From Octopus sinensis (Eukaryota): a stretch of DNA of 64,000 bases. The notes under the pieces are model-generated. The model saw only the letters and a program-made list of their open reading frames with translations. It was not told the DNA's origin and did not search any database. The stretch is from contig NC_042998.1 in assembly GCF_006345805.1 (NCBI RefSeq), positions 177,010,001 through 177,074,000 on the forward strand, in the 5' to 3' direction. A program made the position numbers and the translations under genes. This document shows, piece by piece, positions 12,690-24,385 of this stretch. The stretch's first letter is position 1; each line of letters begins with the position of its first letter.

Positions 12690-13430
12690 TTTTATCTTGC
12701 AGCTATTTCATTATTTGACTGCGGCCATGTTGGGCACCTTTCCAAGGGTTTAAATGAACAAATCGACCCATCGTACTTAAGAATAAATTGTAGAAACCGG
12801 CGTCTTTTGCCGAACCGTACATATTGTTATTGTTGATCTCACCCCTAGAGGGCAAAGGACTGACAGCTTTGAGCGTCGGACAAAATGCTCTGCGATATTT
12901 CTACCGGCTCTTTACATTTTGCGTTCTAATGTCATCGAGGTCAACTTTTGCATTTCATTCTTTCGGTGGGATGAGGGTCAATAAAATAAAGTACCAATCA
13001 AATACTGTGGGCGATATAACAGACTTGTCCAACTCCCGCCAAAATTGCTGGCTTTGTACCAAAATTAGAATTATTGATCTCATTTTTAGAAGGCAATGGA
13101 TTAGCATAGTTGTTAGGGGATCAGACAAAATGCTTTGCGACATTTCTTCTCTCTCTTTACGTTCTAAGTTCAAATTTCAGGAATGAAATAAAGTACCAGT
13201 TAAGTACAAAGAGGCATTTAAATCAACTAATGTCATTCCCTCCCAAGTGTCTAAACTGAAAATACGATGGCAAACTGACAGTGGTGATTGAGCATCTTAC
13301 GATGTATGTATGTATTGAGCATCTTACGATGTATCTTACGGAACATACATCGTAAAGTATTTTGTTCAAAACCAGGTGAGGCCATATTTGTCTTCATTCT
13401 TCCGGGATCGATAAAAAAATAAGTACCAGT
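12690..13430. mobile_element. Cluster of old SINE pieces (B tail on minus 12690-12818; A2 copies on plus 12850-13070 and 13090-13250; partial copy 13340-13430)
   Basis: Degenerate matches to younger copies in the window. Confidence 0.65.
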
Positions 13431-13444
13431 CAAGTATGAAATGT

Positions 13445-13700
13445 GGATGTACGTGGCTTAGTGGTTAAGGTGCTGGCCTCGTGATCGTAGGATTATGGTT
13501 TCGATTCCTGGGCCGAGCGATGTGTTAAGTTCTTGAGCAAAACCCTTCATTTCACGTTACTCTAGTCCACTCAGCTGGCAAAAAGGAGTAATCCTGTGAC
13601 GGACCAGCGTCCTGTCCAGGTGGGGAATATATACGCCAGGAAACCACCCCCAGGGAACCGTTCCCTATGAGTCAGTATGACTCGGCAAGGATCTTCATCC
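13445..13700 (+). mobile_element. tRNA-headed SINE, C-type head with alternative 3' part
   Basis: GTGGCTTAGTGGTTAAGG A box, GGTTTCGATTCC B box, TTCTTGAGCAAAAC box, then GTGACGGACCAGCGTCCTGTCCAGG. Confidence 0.75.
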
Positions 13701-13944
13701 TACGAAGGCTGATGGCATCCACTAACGTCCTTCTCATCAAATTGGTCACCTTGTGCTAAATTAGAAGTCATTAATGATCTGACCTATTTACTCAATGAAA
13801 ATGCCAGTTTCTTATTTGTTGCTTTGTATTGATTCCAACATGCTGGAGACAAGTTCGATCCATGTTGGACACATGTGACCAATAACAGAAATTTTCGTAA
13901 AAACACATTAGTGTATGCAACGGCAATGTAAATACCAGAAACTA

Positions 13945-13948
13945 CAGC

Positions 13949-14010
<62 letters not shown>

Positions 14011-14045
14011 TAGTAGTAGTAGTGGTAGTAGTAGTAGTAGTAGTG

Positions 14046-14090
<45 letters not shown>

Positions 14091-14945
14091 ACGGTGTGGC
14101 GGTTGTAGTGGTGGTCGCCATAGTGATAGACGTACAGCATTCATAGCAAGAAAAAGTGGTGGTTTTCTTCTTCTTCTTCTTCTTCTTCCTCCTCCTCCTC
14201 CTCCTTCTTCTTCTTCTTCCTCCTCCTTCTTCTTCTTCCTCCTCTTCTTCTCCTTCTTCTTCTTCTTCCTCCTCCTCCTCCTCCTCCTCTTCTTCTTTTT
14301 TCTTCTTCTTCCTCCTCCTCCTCTTCTTCTTATTCCTCCTCCTGCTCCTCCTCCTCTTCTTCTTCTTCTTCTTCTTCCTCCTGCTCTACCTTCTTCTTCT
14401 TCTCTTCTTTTTTCTTCCTCTTTTTCGCTTCTTCTTCTTCTTCTTCTTCTTCCCTTTTTCCTCTTCTTCTTCTTTTCTTTCTTCTTCTTCCCTTTTTCCT
14501 CTTCTTCTTCTTCTTCTTCTTCTTCTTCTTCTGCTTCGCCCTGTCTACAATAATAGAAATGTTAACAACAATCGCAGTAAACGTTTAACATAAACAACAG
14601 TGACAGCAGCAGCAGTAGCAGCTGCTGCTGCTGCAATAACACCACCACCACCAACAACAACAACAACAACAGCAGCAACAATAACAATAGCCGCAGACAG
14701 CAACAACAGTAGAACTACAGCACTAGCCACAACAGCAACCAAGATACAACGACGCTACCACCTCCGACAGCAGCAGCAGCAGCAGCAACAACAACAACAA
14801 CAACAACAACAACCAAAAGTACAATAACAATACTCATGTTACAATAACAACAACAGAACCGATGAAAGCATGGTCAAACAGCAACAATTATAATCTAAAA
14901 TACATCATTATCAAGACAGCGACTATCATCGCGACCACCACTCAC

Positions 14946-14977
<32 letters not shown>

Positions 14978-15183
14978 CAACAACAATAGTGTTACGCCAC
15001 CAACGCCATTAGTACAACAATAACATCAACAACAACAACAGTCACAGGACTACTGCCAAAAGGAATCTTTAAAATATATTCCCAGCCATAACATCATCAT
15101 CATCATCATCATCATCATCAGTAGTAGTAGTAGTCGTAGTAGTAGTCGTAGTAGTAGTAGTAGTAGTAGTCGTAGTAGTAGTC

Positions 15184-15214
<31 letters not shown>

Positions 15215-15329
15215 ATAGAGGTGGTGGTGGTGGTGGCAGTTGTCGTCGTTGTGGTGCTGATTGTTATTGTTATAGTTGTAATCGTGGTTGTAGTAGTAGT
15301 AGTTGCACTAGTAGCAGCAACAATAACAT

Positions 15330-15378
<49 letters not shown>

Positions 15379-15540
15379 AGTAGTAGTAGTAGTAGTAGTA
15401 ATAGTAGTAGTGGTGGTGGTAGTGGCTGTTATAGTAGTAGCCGTAGTAGTTGTAGTAGTAGTGGCTGTGGTGGTAGTGGCAGTCGTAGTAGTAGTAGTAG
15501 TAGTAATAGATAGAGGTGGAGGTGGTGGTAGTGGTTGTTA

Positions 15541-15582
<42 letters not shown>

Positions 15583-16067
15583 TAGTAGTGGCGGTGGTTG
15601 TAGTGGCTGTTTTAGTTGTAGTAGTTGTAGTAGTAGTGGCAGTGGTGGTAGTGGCTGTTATAATAGTAGTAGTAATCGTAGTAATAGTAGTGGCTGTTAT
15701 AGTGGTAGTAGTAGTAGTAGTAGTTGTAGTAATAGTAGTAGTTGTAGTAGTTGTAGTAGTAGTGACGGTGGTGGTAGTGGCTGTTATAGTTGTAGTAGTT
15801 GTAGTAGTAGTGGCGGTGGTGGTAGTGGCTGTTATAATAGTAGTAGTAATTGTAGTAATAGTAGTGGCGGTGGTGGTAGTGGCTGTTATAGTGGTAGTAG
15901 TAGTAGTAGTAGTTGTTGTAGTAGTAGTAACAACAGCAACCTGAACAACTGCAGCTGTAGTAGGAGTAGCAGTAATAGTATTAGCTGCAGCAGCCGGAGT
16001 AGTAGTCGTAGTAGTGGCAGTTGTAGAAACTGCAACCGTTGTAGTAGTAGTAGTAGTAGTAGTAGCC

Positions 16068-16101
<34 letters not shown>

Positions 16102-16680
16102 TAGTGTAGTTATAATACCATGCATAGTACGAGTAGCGATAGCGGAGTCATTGCAGGAGCAGTAGCAGCAGCAGAAGTGGTAGTAGAAGCGGTAGCAGCA
16201 GCAAGTAGTAGTAGTAGTAGTAGTTAATGATAGTAGCAGTGCAAGTAATGCTGGTGGTAGAAGTATTGTTATAGCAGTAGACTTTCTCAACTTCCTTCAT
16301 TTGCCACCACAACATTGCTAACCACCACCACCACCACCAGCACCACCACCAACACCACCAGCACCACCACCACCACCACCACCAATATCATCTGCATCAC
16401 CAGCATCACCATAACCATCGCCATAACCATCATGATCACCATCATGACTATGTCAAAACCATTACCAATCCATCATCACCATCATCATCTTTATCACCAA
16501 TTTTACCACCACCACCACCACCACCATCACCACCACCACCACCACTACCACCACCACCACCACCACCAATAACACCGCCATCACAAACAAGAACACGTCA
16601 CTAACACCACTGGCCCCAACATCGCCACCAAGACCTCATTCCCTACACGACGACCACGACGACCACGACAACGACCACTA
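13945..16680. repeat. 2.7-kb trinucleotide mosaic (TAG, TTC/CTC, CAA/CAG, TAG/TGG, CAC)
   Basis: Direct reading; explains ORFs 14156-16572. Confidence 0.95.
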
Positions 16681-16882
16681 CCTATTTCTTTATTACCCAC
16701 AGGGGGCTAAACACAGAGGGGACAAACAAGGACACGCATAGGTATTAAGTCGATTACATCGACCCCAGTGCGTAACTGGTACTTAATTTATCGACCCCAG
16801 TGCGTAACTGGTACTTAATTTATCGACCCCGAAAGGATGAAAGGCAAAGTCGACCTCGGCGGAATTTGAACTCAGAACGTAA
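16681..16882 (-). mobile_element. 5'-truncated SINE A1 with internal 32-bp duplication
   Basis: TSD GACCACTA on both sides; TCGACCCCAGTGCGTAACTGGTACTTAATTTA present twice. Confidence 0.9.
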
Positions 16883-17068
16883 CGGACCACTATTTTTGTT
16901 GTTTTTGTAAAATCTCAGAAAATAATTAAAAATTCACATTTTTTATTGTACCTGGAATTCGGAAGGTAAATCTTTGTCACATATGTCACGCTGACTCAGT
17001 CTATGAATTACGTTAAGGGTACACCTGTGTGTGGACTGCTATGATCACTTGGACAATCATCACCAAGT

Positions 17069-17580
17069 AAAGGCGCGTGGCTCAGTTGTTAGGGTAATCG
17101 GCTCACGATCGCAAGGTCGTGAGTTCGATTCCCAGCGGTGCTTTGTGCCCTTGAGCAAGAAACTTTATTTCACGTTGTTCCATCAGACTCAGCTGGCAAT
17201 AATGAGTAACCTTTACGGTATTTCATCTGTCTCTACGTTCTGAGTTCAAATTCCGCCAAGGTAGACTTTGTCTTTCTTCCTTTCATGATCGATAAGTTAA
17301 GTACCAATTGCGTACTGGGGTATATCTAATCGACTGACCCCCCCCCAAAAAAAAAAATTTCGGGACTTGTGCCTAAAGTAGAAAAGAACAATGAGTAGTA
17401 TCTGTCTTTCAAAACGCCAACCTTGTGACATTCTTTGTCACGCTGAATTTCCGTGAGTACCACGTTAAGGGTACGTGTGTCTATGGAGTTCTCAGCCACT
17501 TAAACGTTAATTTCACGAGCAAGCCGTTCCGTCGATCTGATCAACTGGAACCCTCGCCGTCCTAACCGATGGAGTGCCAG
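17069..17580 (+). mobile_element. SINE C interrupted by an A2 copy (~17210-17390)
   Basis: C head and tail are contiguous once the A2 is removed; AATGAGTA on both sides of the insert. Confidence 0.85.
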
Positions 17581-17659
17581 CTTTCTTAGCCTTTTAATGA
17601 ACACCATCACTATCATCATGGTCTTCATATATAGATTGACCGCTAAATCCACAAGTTTT

Positions 17660-17816
17660 TTTTTTTAATTCTCTGCTTATTTCCTCGTGTTCCTTTCTGT
17701 TGAAGAGCGGGGTCGAAACGTAAAATACTTTCTCACCTTCCGAGCGACAAACTAATACACCTGCTTGTTGTTTACACACCTGTCTTTGACTTTCGTTTTT
17801 CTGTAAATTTCAACTA
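17660..17816 (+). mobile_element. Penelope-like pseudo-LTR remnant with degenerate hammerhead-like motif
   Basis: CTGTTGAAGAGCGGGGTCGAAACGTA at 17697-17722; ends in (TA)n. Confidence 0.55.
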
Positions 17817-17891
17817 TATATATATATATATATATTATATACAGTAGTACCTCGGTTTTCGAACAACTCTGATCACGAATAAATTGTGCTT

Positions 17892-17974
<83 letters not shown>

Positions 17975-17978
<4 letters not shown>

Positions 17979-18316
17979 ATTATGTGTAGAAAAATACAAA
18001 CTGGGACAAGAACGTAAAACATTTAGAAGACGATACAAAAAACACGGACGGGACATTCGAAGCCTTCAATCTTCAGTCAAGAACCGAATCATCCTAGCAA
18101 TTCCGACTGATTAATCTTGAGATCGCTCCGATCCGGCCAGCCCCAAGGAAAAACTAAGCTACGAGCATTAGATTTCTTGGAAGAAGGATCGAATGTATAC
18201 GAAACAGGGACAGAAAAACGGACGATGCCACACGAATATAAAATACAAAAAACAATAATGGTAAAAACAACGGGTGTCTTACGACTAATAAACAGTACAA
18301 GTTTAGCTGGCGTATT

Positions 18317-18340
<24 letters not shown>
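17975..18340 (-). mobile_element. Penelope-like remnant between (TA)n tracts
   Basis: Minus CTGAAGATTGAAGGCTTCGAATGTCC at 18051-18076; (TA)n on both flanks. Confidence 0.5.
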
Positions 18341-18356
<16 letters not shown>

Positions 18357-18358
<2 letters not shown>

Positions 18359-18677
18359 ACTCCGCCGGTTACGACGACGAGGGTCCCAGCTGATACGATC
18401 AACGGAACAGCTTGCTCGTGAAATTAACGTGCAAATGGCTGAGCATTCCACAGACACGTGTACCCTTAACGTAGTTCTCGGGGATAATCAGCGTGACACA
18501 GAGAGTGACAAGGCTGACCCTTTGAAATACAAGTACAACTCATTTTTGCCAGCTGAGTGGACTGGAGCAACGTGAAATAAAGTGTCTTGCTCAAGGACAC
18601 AACGCGTCGCCGGGAATCGAACTCACAACCTTACGATCATGAGCCGAATGCCCTAACCACTAAGCCACGCGCCCTCA
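18357..18677 (-). mobile_element. SINE C, full length
   Basis: tRNA-like head GGCGCGTGGCTTAGTGGTTAGGG...GAGTTCGATTCCCGG, GTGTCCTTGAGCAAGACAC box, tail to GACGG. Confidence 0.9.
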
Positions 18678-18847
18678 TATATATATACTATCTATATCTC
18701 GTCATGTTCACCATCATCTGCATCTTCATTTTTACTACCACTATTGCCACCACCACACCACCACGATCACCATCATTATCTCTCTTTCCACTATTTCTCT
18801 AGTAGTAGTAGCAGCAGCAGTATTTGTAGTAGTAGCTGATGATGATG

Positions 18848-19028
18848 ATGATTGAACTGATGTTGTCTAGCTCCAGGTCTGTCCTGATCAAGTTGACCTA
18901 AGATGGCATTCCGTCATGTGTCATATATGAGGACAGAACTCTAATGTCTGCTATACTTATATAAGACGGTAGCTGCTATTTCTAGTAGCTGTAGCCACTG
19001 CGTAATGTCTCCCATGTTGACTTATAAA
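18848..19028 (+). mobile_element. Family D repeat
   Basis: Inverted copy of 10295-10475. Confidence 0.65.
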
Positions 19029-19519
19029 TGTTTTTTTTTTTATGATGTTCTTCAACTAGTCTGAAGAAGAAGGGCAACGTGCGTACATGCTTCCTTTCCC
19101 GGGGCCGTAACTGATGAAAAGCAAAAGGTGATATTGTCCTCATACTGGGGACCTGATCAAAATGCTTACAACATAATCAACTCCACCCAAGACATCCGCC
19201 TTGTCCTAGGACGGTGGATCACGTATATTCGAGTTAAACGTCGTATAAAACGTACTTTTCCGGGCAAAATGTCTCAGAAAAATCACCCCTAGTGCTATAT
19301 GCAAAATTAGGCTTATATTACATTCTTTAATGCACAAATAATTTTTTTTTTTTTTTAATATACGCTGCTGAAATTTGGGTTCATCTCATGTGCTTGTGCG
19401 TCTTCTATGCCATAAAATATGGTATCTTAAAACAATAACGGGGCCTTCTGACGAGTTTTATTCGTTCTCCGACTACCAAATATGTATTGGAAACAATACA
19501 AAACATCTTATGGGATGGA

Positions 19520-19900
19520 AGCACTCCGTCGGTCACGACGACGAGGGTTCCGGTTGATCCGAATCAACGGAACAGCCTGCTCGTGAAATTAACGTGTAAG
19601 TGGCTGAGCACTCCACAGACACGTGTACCCTTAACGTAGTTCTCGGGGATATTCAGCGTGACACAGAGGGTGACAAGGCCGGCCCTTTGAAATACAGGTA
19701 CAACAGAAACAGGAAGTAAGAGTGAGAGAAAGTTGTGGTGAAAGAGTAGAGCAGGGATCACCACCATCTCCTGCTGGAGCCTCGTGGAGCTTTAAGGTGA
19801 TTTCGCTCAATAAACACTTACAACGCCCGGTCTGGGAATCGAAACCGCAATCCTATGACCGCGAGTCCGCTTGCCCTAACCACTGGGCCATTGCGCCTCC
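19520..19900 (-). mobile_element. SINE C2: different tRNA head and middle, same 3' tail as C
   Basis: Tail 19520-19702 closely matches the tail of 18357-18677; head TGGCCCAGTGGTTAGGG...GGTTTCGATTCCCAG. Confidence 0.85.
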
Positions 19901-20537
19901 ACAAAACATCAATGTTAATGGTAAAAGAGATTTGTTCAACGTGCTGTAGAGTGGGATCAAACCCGTAACCACGGAGTTCGGAAGCAAACATTTTAACCAC
20001 ACAGCCGCGAAAGCATTTTTCGCTTCATAACTTCTTCCTCATAATTTCTTTCACTTCTATTGTTTCCGTTTTCTTTTTCTTTATCTTCATCTTAGTTTTA
20101 CTCGTGATCTTGGTCCTATGATGACTGTTGCCCTGCTCATAATTTATTACTCCTCTCTTCCTCCCCTCTTCCTCCTCCCCATACTACTGCCACTACGTTG
20201 GTCGAGTAACTGAAATAATGGTGTTTGTGAGTTGTTTACGTGAAAGATGGTTGGTTTAATATAAGAAGACATTTAAACTGTATGTTGTCAGATTTACAAA
20301 AGCTTATTTCGAAAAATCATTTGACCGATATCTTACTTACGTTTCAGGTGGCTCCAACAATATGAAATTGTTCCAGATATGTCAGACAGTTCACTGTGTC
20401 ACTTAAACAAGACACTTAATGCTATTTGTGGCCCACGTGCTTTCACATTAAAATCAGTGTCGAATTAACCCCAAAACAACAGTAGCATACAAGACAGACC
20501 CCGCATTTTCAGAAATCCTGTACTAAATACATTAGTA

Positions 20538-20958
20538 GGTCTTTTCGGTTTGAACGGCAGTTTTTTCTAGCGGTGTCATATGAAATTGCCACCCATAATT
20601 ATGACCCTAGTATCGATATATTGCATTTCAATTTGTTTTAGGGTTAGGGTTAGGGAAGGGGGGAAGGGTATCTTTTTTTTCTTCAGAAATGTAAATAAAC
20701 CCAATCTGTTTCTTAAACGAGGGACATATTCATACGGCACAGAATGTTTTTTTTACCTCAATAGACGTCACTGATTAGTTGAAATTGCAGAAATTGACGG
20801 AAAAAACAACAACAAATATCTTACAAAGTATAGAATTTTCTCAATAAAGCCAAGAGAAAAAGATGTTTTATAAACACATTCTACCAGTATACGAAGTTTG
20901 AAATTTTTTAGTTACCTAGAAATTATGTTAAAAACTGTCGTTCAAACCGAAAAGATCC
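20538..20958 (+). mobile_element. hAT-type MITE with internal TTAGGG repeats
   Basis: TIR GG(A)TCTTTTCGGTTTGAACGGCAG; 8-bp TSD CATTAGTA; TTTAGGGTTAGGGTTAGGG at ~20637-20655. Confidence 0.9.
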
Positions 20959-20986
20959 CATTAGTACTATTGCACTATACTATTTA

Positions 20987-21665
20987 AGCATGGTTAAGAA
21001 GTCAATCTCGCAACCACGAGATCCGGGTTCGATCCTGCTGTTCGATGTCTTGGGCAAATATGTCATTTTTTTTTACAACTTCAGGTCGACCCGTATCTTC
21101 TGAGTGACGAAAACTTCAAAGAACCCTGTTAGGTGAATTGTACCTGGAATTCGGAAGGTAAATCCTTGTCACATATGTCACGCTGACTCAGTCTATGAAT
21201 TACGTTAAGGGTACACCTGTGTGTGGACTGCTTTGACAACTTACATGTTAGTTCCGAAGCAGATAAATTAGTTGATCGAACAAGTGAATCCTCATCTATC
21301 GAACGACGGAGGTCCATCACCACTTTACTATCTTCAGCTCGTAATACTTACCAGATCCAGTCCACTTGAAGTTAAATACTTACAAGCTAGTAACTTCGAT
21401 TTTGTAATTCTGCACTCGCTTTAGTACTTTAAACATTGGAGTGTCTCCGATTTTTTATACAGGTTTTTAAAGGCTGATCCAGTGCTTACACACAAGCATC
21501 ACTGCGAGGTTAAGAAACTCGTTTTGCAGCCATATGGTTTCGGGTTCAGTCCCACTGCACAGCACCTTGGCGATGGTCTTCAACTACAGTCCCGGGTCGA
21601 CTAATGCTTTGTGAGTGCATTTGGTCGACGGAATTTGTGTGACAGCGCCTCGTATACAAGTGCAC
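20987..21665 (+). mobile_element. Old SINE B heads (20987-21126, 21500-21665) and a C-type tail fragment (21137-21232)
   Basis: GGTTAAGAAG...GGGTTC(G/A)...CTTGG heads; fragment 95/96 identical to 16945-17040. Confidence 0.7.
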
Positions 21666-22473
21666 GTGTGTGTGTGTGACTGTACTTGCCATGAACTGAG
21701 GCTGATGGCCTTTCCTCAAATTTGCTGTCCTTGTGCTCGAATCAGAAAGTATTATTTCAATTTTCACCTTAGCAAAACTGTAGCACATGGGTTAAAAAAA
21801 AAGAGTCATCTAAGTTTCGCCATGGTTATTGTTACAGAGAATTTATACAAACGATTAAGCTGGTATTTATGTAAGCTGGCATTCATTCTATTTCACGTTG
21901 ATAGCTACTTATTCTCTGTAATAGAATTCATTTTCACATTGTAGCGATTGATATGTATTTTTATCATGAAATTCGAATGCTTAATTTAACAAAAAATCAA
22001 GTTTTACGTTTGTGACACAACGACAAAGAACTGAAAGTATTACATAACGGAAGTATTCAATTGTAAAGAAGAAGAAAAAAATTCTTCGTGCAGGTTCTTA
22101 AAGTTTACCTCAAAAGAACTGTCGAATTTATGGAAACTTTTATCATTGAAAATTCTGACTAAGTATTAACGTGGTAATTTTATGGAAAATTTTATCCTCG
22201 AAAATTATGATAAAATATCAACGTTTATAAGTAGATAAGCGTCTGTTAATATAACCTTATTTTATTTAGCTCGCCGGGCGAAATGCTTAGCGGTCGATGA
22301 ATTAAGAACCAGTTGCGTACTGGGGTTGATCTAATCGACTGGCTTCCTGCCAAATTTCTAAGCCATCTTTCAGAAAGATTAACCTTCCCTCTCAAACATG
22401 TCTGCTAGCTGATTAATACGAATAACAAATAGTAGAATCCCCGTATTTATTTCACTTGCCCTTGTGCTAGCTG

Positions 22474-22474
<1 letters not shown>

Positions 22475-22543
<69 letters not shown>

Positions 22544-22563
22544 TTAGACACACACACACACAC

Positions 22564-22617
<54 letters not shown>
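22475..22617. repeat. (ATCT)n + (CA)n
   Basis: Direct reading. Confidence 0.95.
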
Positions 22618-22621
<4 letters not shown>

Positions 22622-22832
22622 CACAAAACTGGATTCATGAAAATAATTATCATTCAACTCTTCAATGGAACACAAATCTAATAAAACATTGGCAGCTAAC
22701 ATATGTACTCTCTCCACGTGCTAGCTGATCTATATACGTTGGTCTACCAGCTTATGTCCCTCCCTATGTGCTGATTGATGTCTACAGACTGGTCATTCAA
22801 AAAATAGTTGTATCTATAAAAGTAATTAGCTA

Positions 22833-23495
22833 TCTATATAAAACACAGGATGCGTGTCTGTCTGTGTGTTTGTCATGTCATTAAAACTCGAGATCCACTT
22901 CACCGATTTTAATGAAATTTTACGCATGCATTACATAGGGTTCATGGAGTGTCACAGGCCAAAAACAAATTTCAACTTTTGCCTAATGCGGGCCCAGGGG
23001 CAGAGAAACCGCATTTTAAAGCATTTTTTGCAACGTCAAAGCCCGTAACTTGAAGAGCATCCAGTCATTTTCCTCCAAATTTGCAACAAATATTAATCAG
23101 GCTCCTCGAATTGCTGTTGACTAAAAATTAAATTCCGACATCGACACTGGGCCTCCAAAAATGCAGATTAATCAGATTTGAGTATACTGCACTGGGTTTT
23201 ATCCTTGTTTTAGGCCATTTTCCGACGATAAAATATTGACACTACTTATGCATTATAAGTAGTGCATAATATTTCATGAAAACCTTTTTGTCCAATTTGG
23301 CAGAGGAAATGAGAAGAACATTAAAATTTTTGTCGGAGCCCTGATGATGCTTCATGTTACCATCCCGCACACCACCGAGTCATGTGCGTGTGTGTGCGGT
23401 TGGGTAAAGGCACAACAAAGCCATTCATCCATTCTCCAGAAGTGCCCTATTGATGTTTCCAATCCTGCGCAACGCAGCATGGCCTGGCAGCATGT
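22833..23495 (+). mobile_element. Probable non-autonomous Helitron, degraded 3' end
   Basis: TCTATATAAAA...TGTCTGTCTGTGTG 5' signature like the two clear Helitrons; GCGCAACGC hairpin remnant ~23468; no intact CTAG. Confidence 0.45.
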
Positions 23496-23673
23496 CTGCT
23501 TCCTATGTCATTCATGTCTGGACTATATAATGCATAATGTTCATACATAAAACAAACTACTATTGTGACTCACAGCCATTTGAGTTTGACCGCGTGACCA
23601 CTTCCAGAAGCTACGCTTGCCACCTGCAATTAGTCCCTGTGTTCCGTCCCCAGTTTAGTCGGACGAGTAAATA

Positions 23674-24140
23674 CGGGTGTCCCAGAATTAATGATGATTT
23701 CAGTGAAATCGGATGCATTTATTTTTAAACTCGCTTTTATTTAAATTTATCATGTTTAATATGTTAAAAGTGTATAAATTTTGAATTTTGTTTATAATTT
23801 TATTTTCATTCCTGTTGGACCCCTCTTATTTGTCCATGACAAGTTTTTTTCAATTTGACAGCAATCATTTCCTTTACCTCCATCCCCAAGATGGAGTAAT
23901 CGTTTAGCTGAGCTTAAAGAACACATTCAGTTAGCAGTGCAGGAGCTAACTCCTGAAATGCTTCAAAATGTGTTTCGCAACGCCAAGGAGAGATTTGAAG
24001 TATGCAGGGATACAGACATATTCAAAATTTTCAATAAAAGTTTGATGTAAGATTTATAAATCTATTTGTTTTGGTAATAAGCATAAAATTCTGCCATTTT
24101 TTATTAATTTGCTCAATTTCATTGAAACCGATAATTCTGG
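23674..24140 (+). mobile_element. Deleted Tc1/mariner element with transposase C-terminal remnant
   Basis: TA|CGGGTGTCCCAGAATTAAT left end; LAELKEHIQLAVQELTPEMLQNVFRNAKERFEVC; degenerate right end ATAATTCTGG. Confidence 0.7.
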
Positions 24141-24262
24141 AGTTGTTGTTGTGTTGCTTGAGTGAATATTAAAATCAAAGTCTTTCTCGCCGTAAACATC
24201 CCGTCTTTTTGTTAAGCTTATTGTATCAAGGAGTATATTATCCAAGATGTATCTATCCTTCA

Positions 24263-24385
24263 TAGGCATGGCTGTGTAGTTGAGAAGCTTGCTTTCCAAC
24301 CATGTCGCCTTGGGTTCAGTCCCACTGTGCGGCACGTTGGGCAATTCGCTTTCATTACAGCTCCGTGCCGACCAAAGCCTTGTGT
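24263..24385 (+). mobile_element. SINE B head
   Basis: GGCATGGCTGTGTAGTTGAGAAG...GGGTTCAGTCCC. Confidence 0.8.

Noticed and set aside
15221-16165. 314-aa Gly/Ser/Cys-rich ORF as a keratin-associated or reflectin-like protein
   Set aside because: Lies wholly in (TAG/TGG)n repeats, starts at GTG, and overlapping frames are equally open.
19110-19135. CTGATGA core
   Set aside because: No stem II-GAAA follows.
17069-19900. tRNA genes
   Set aside because: A/B boxes are SINE heads that run into family-specific bodies; no complete acceptor stem.
21463-21508. Exon candidate FLKADPVLTHKHHCE upstream of 21773
   Set aside because: Its 3' half and donor are a degraded SINE B head.
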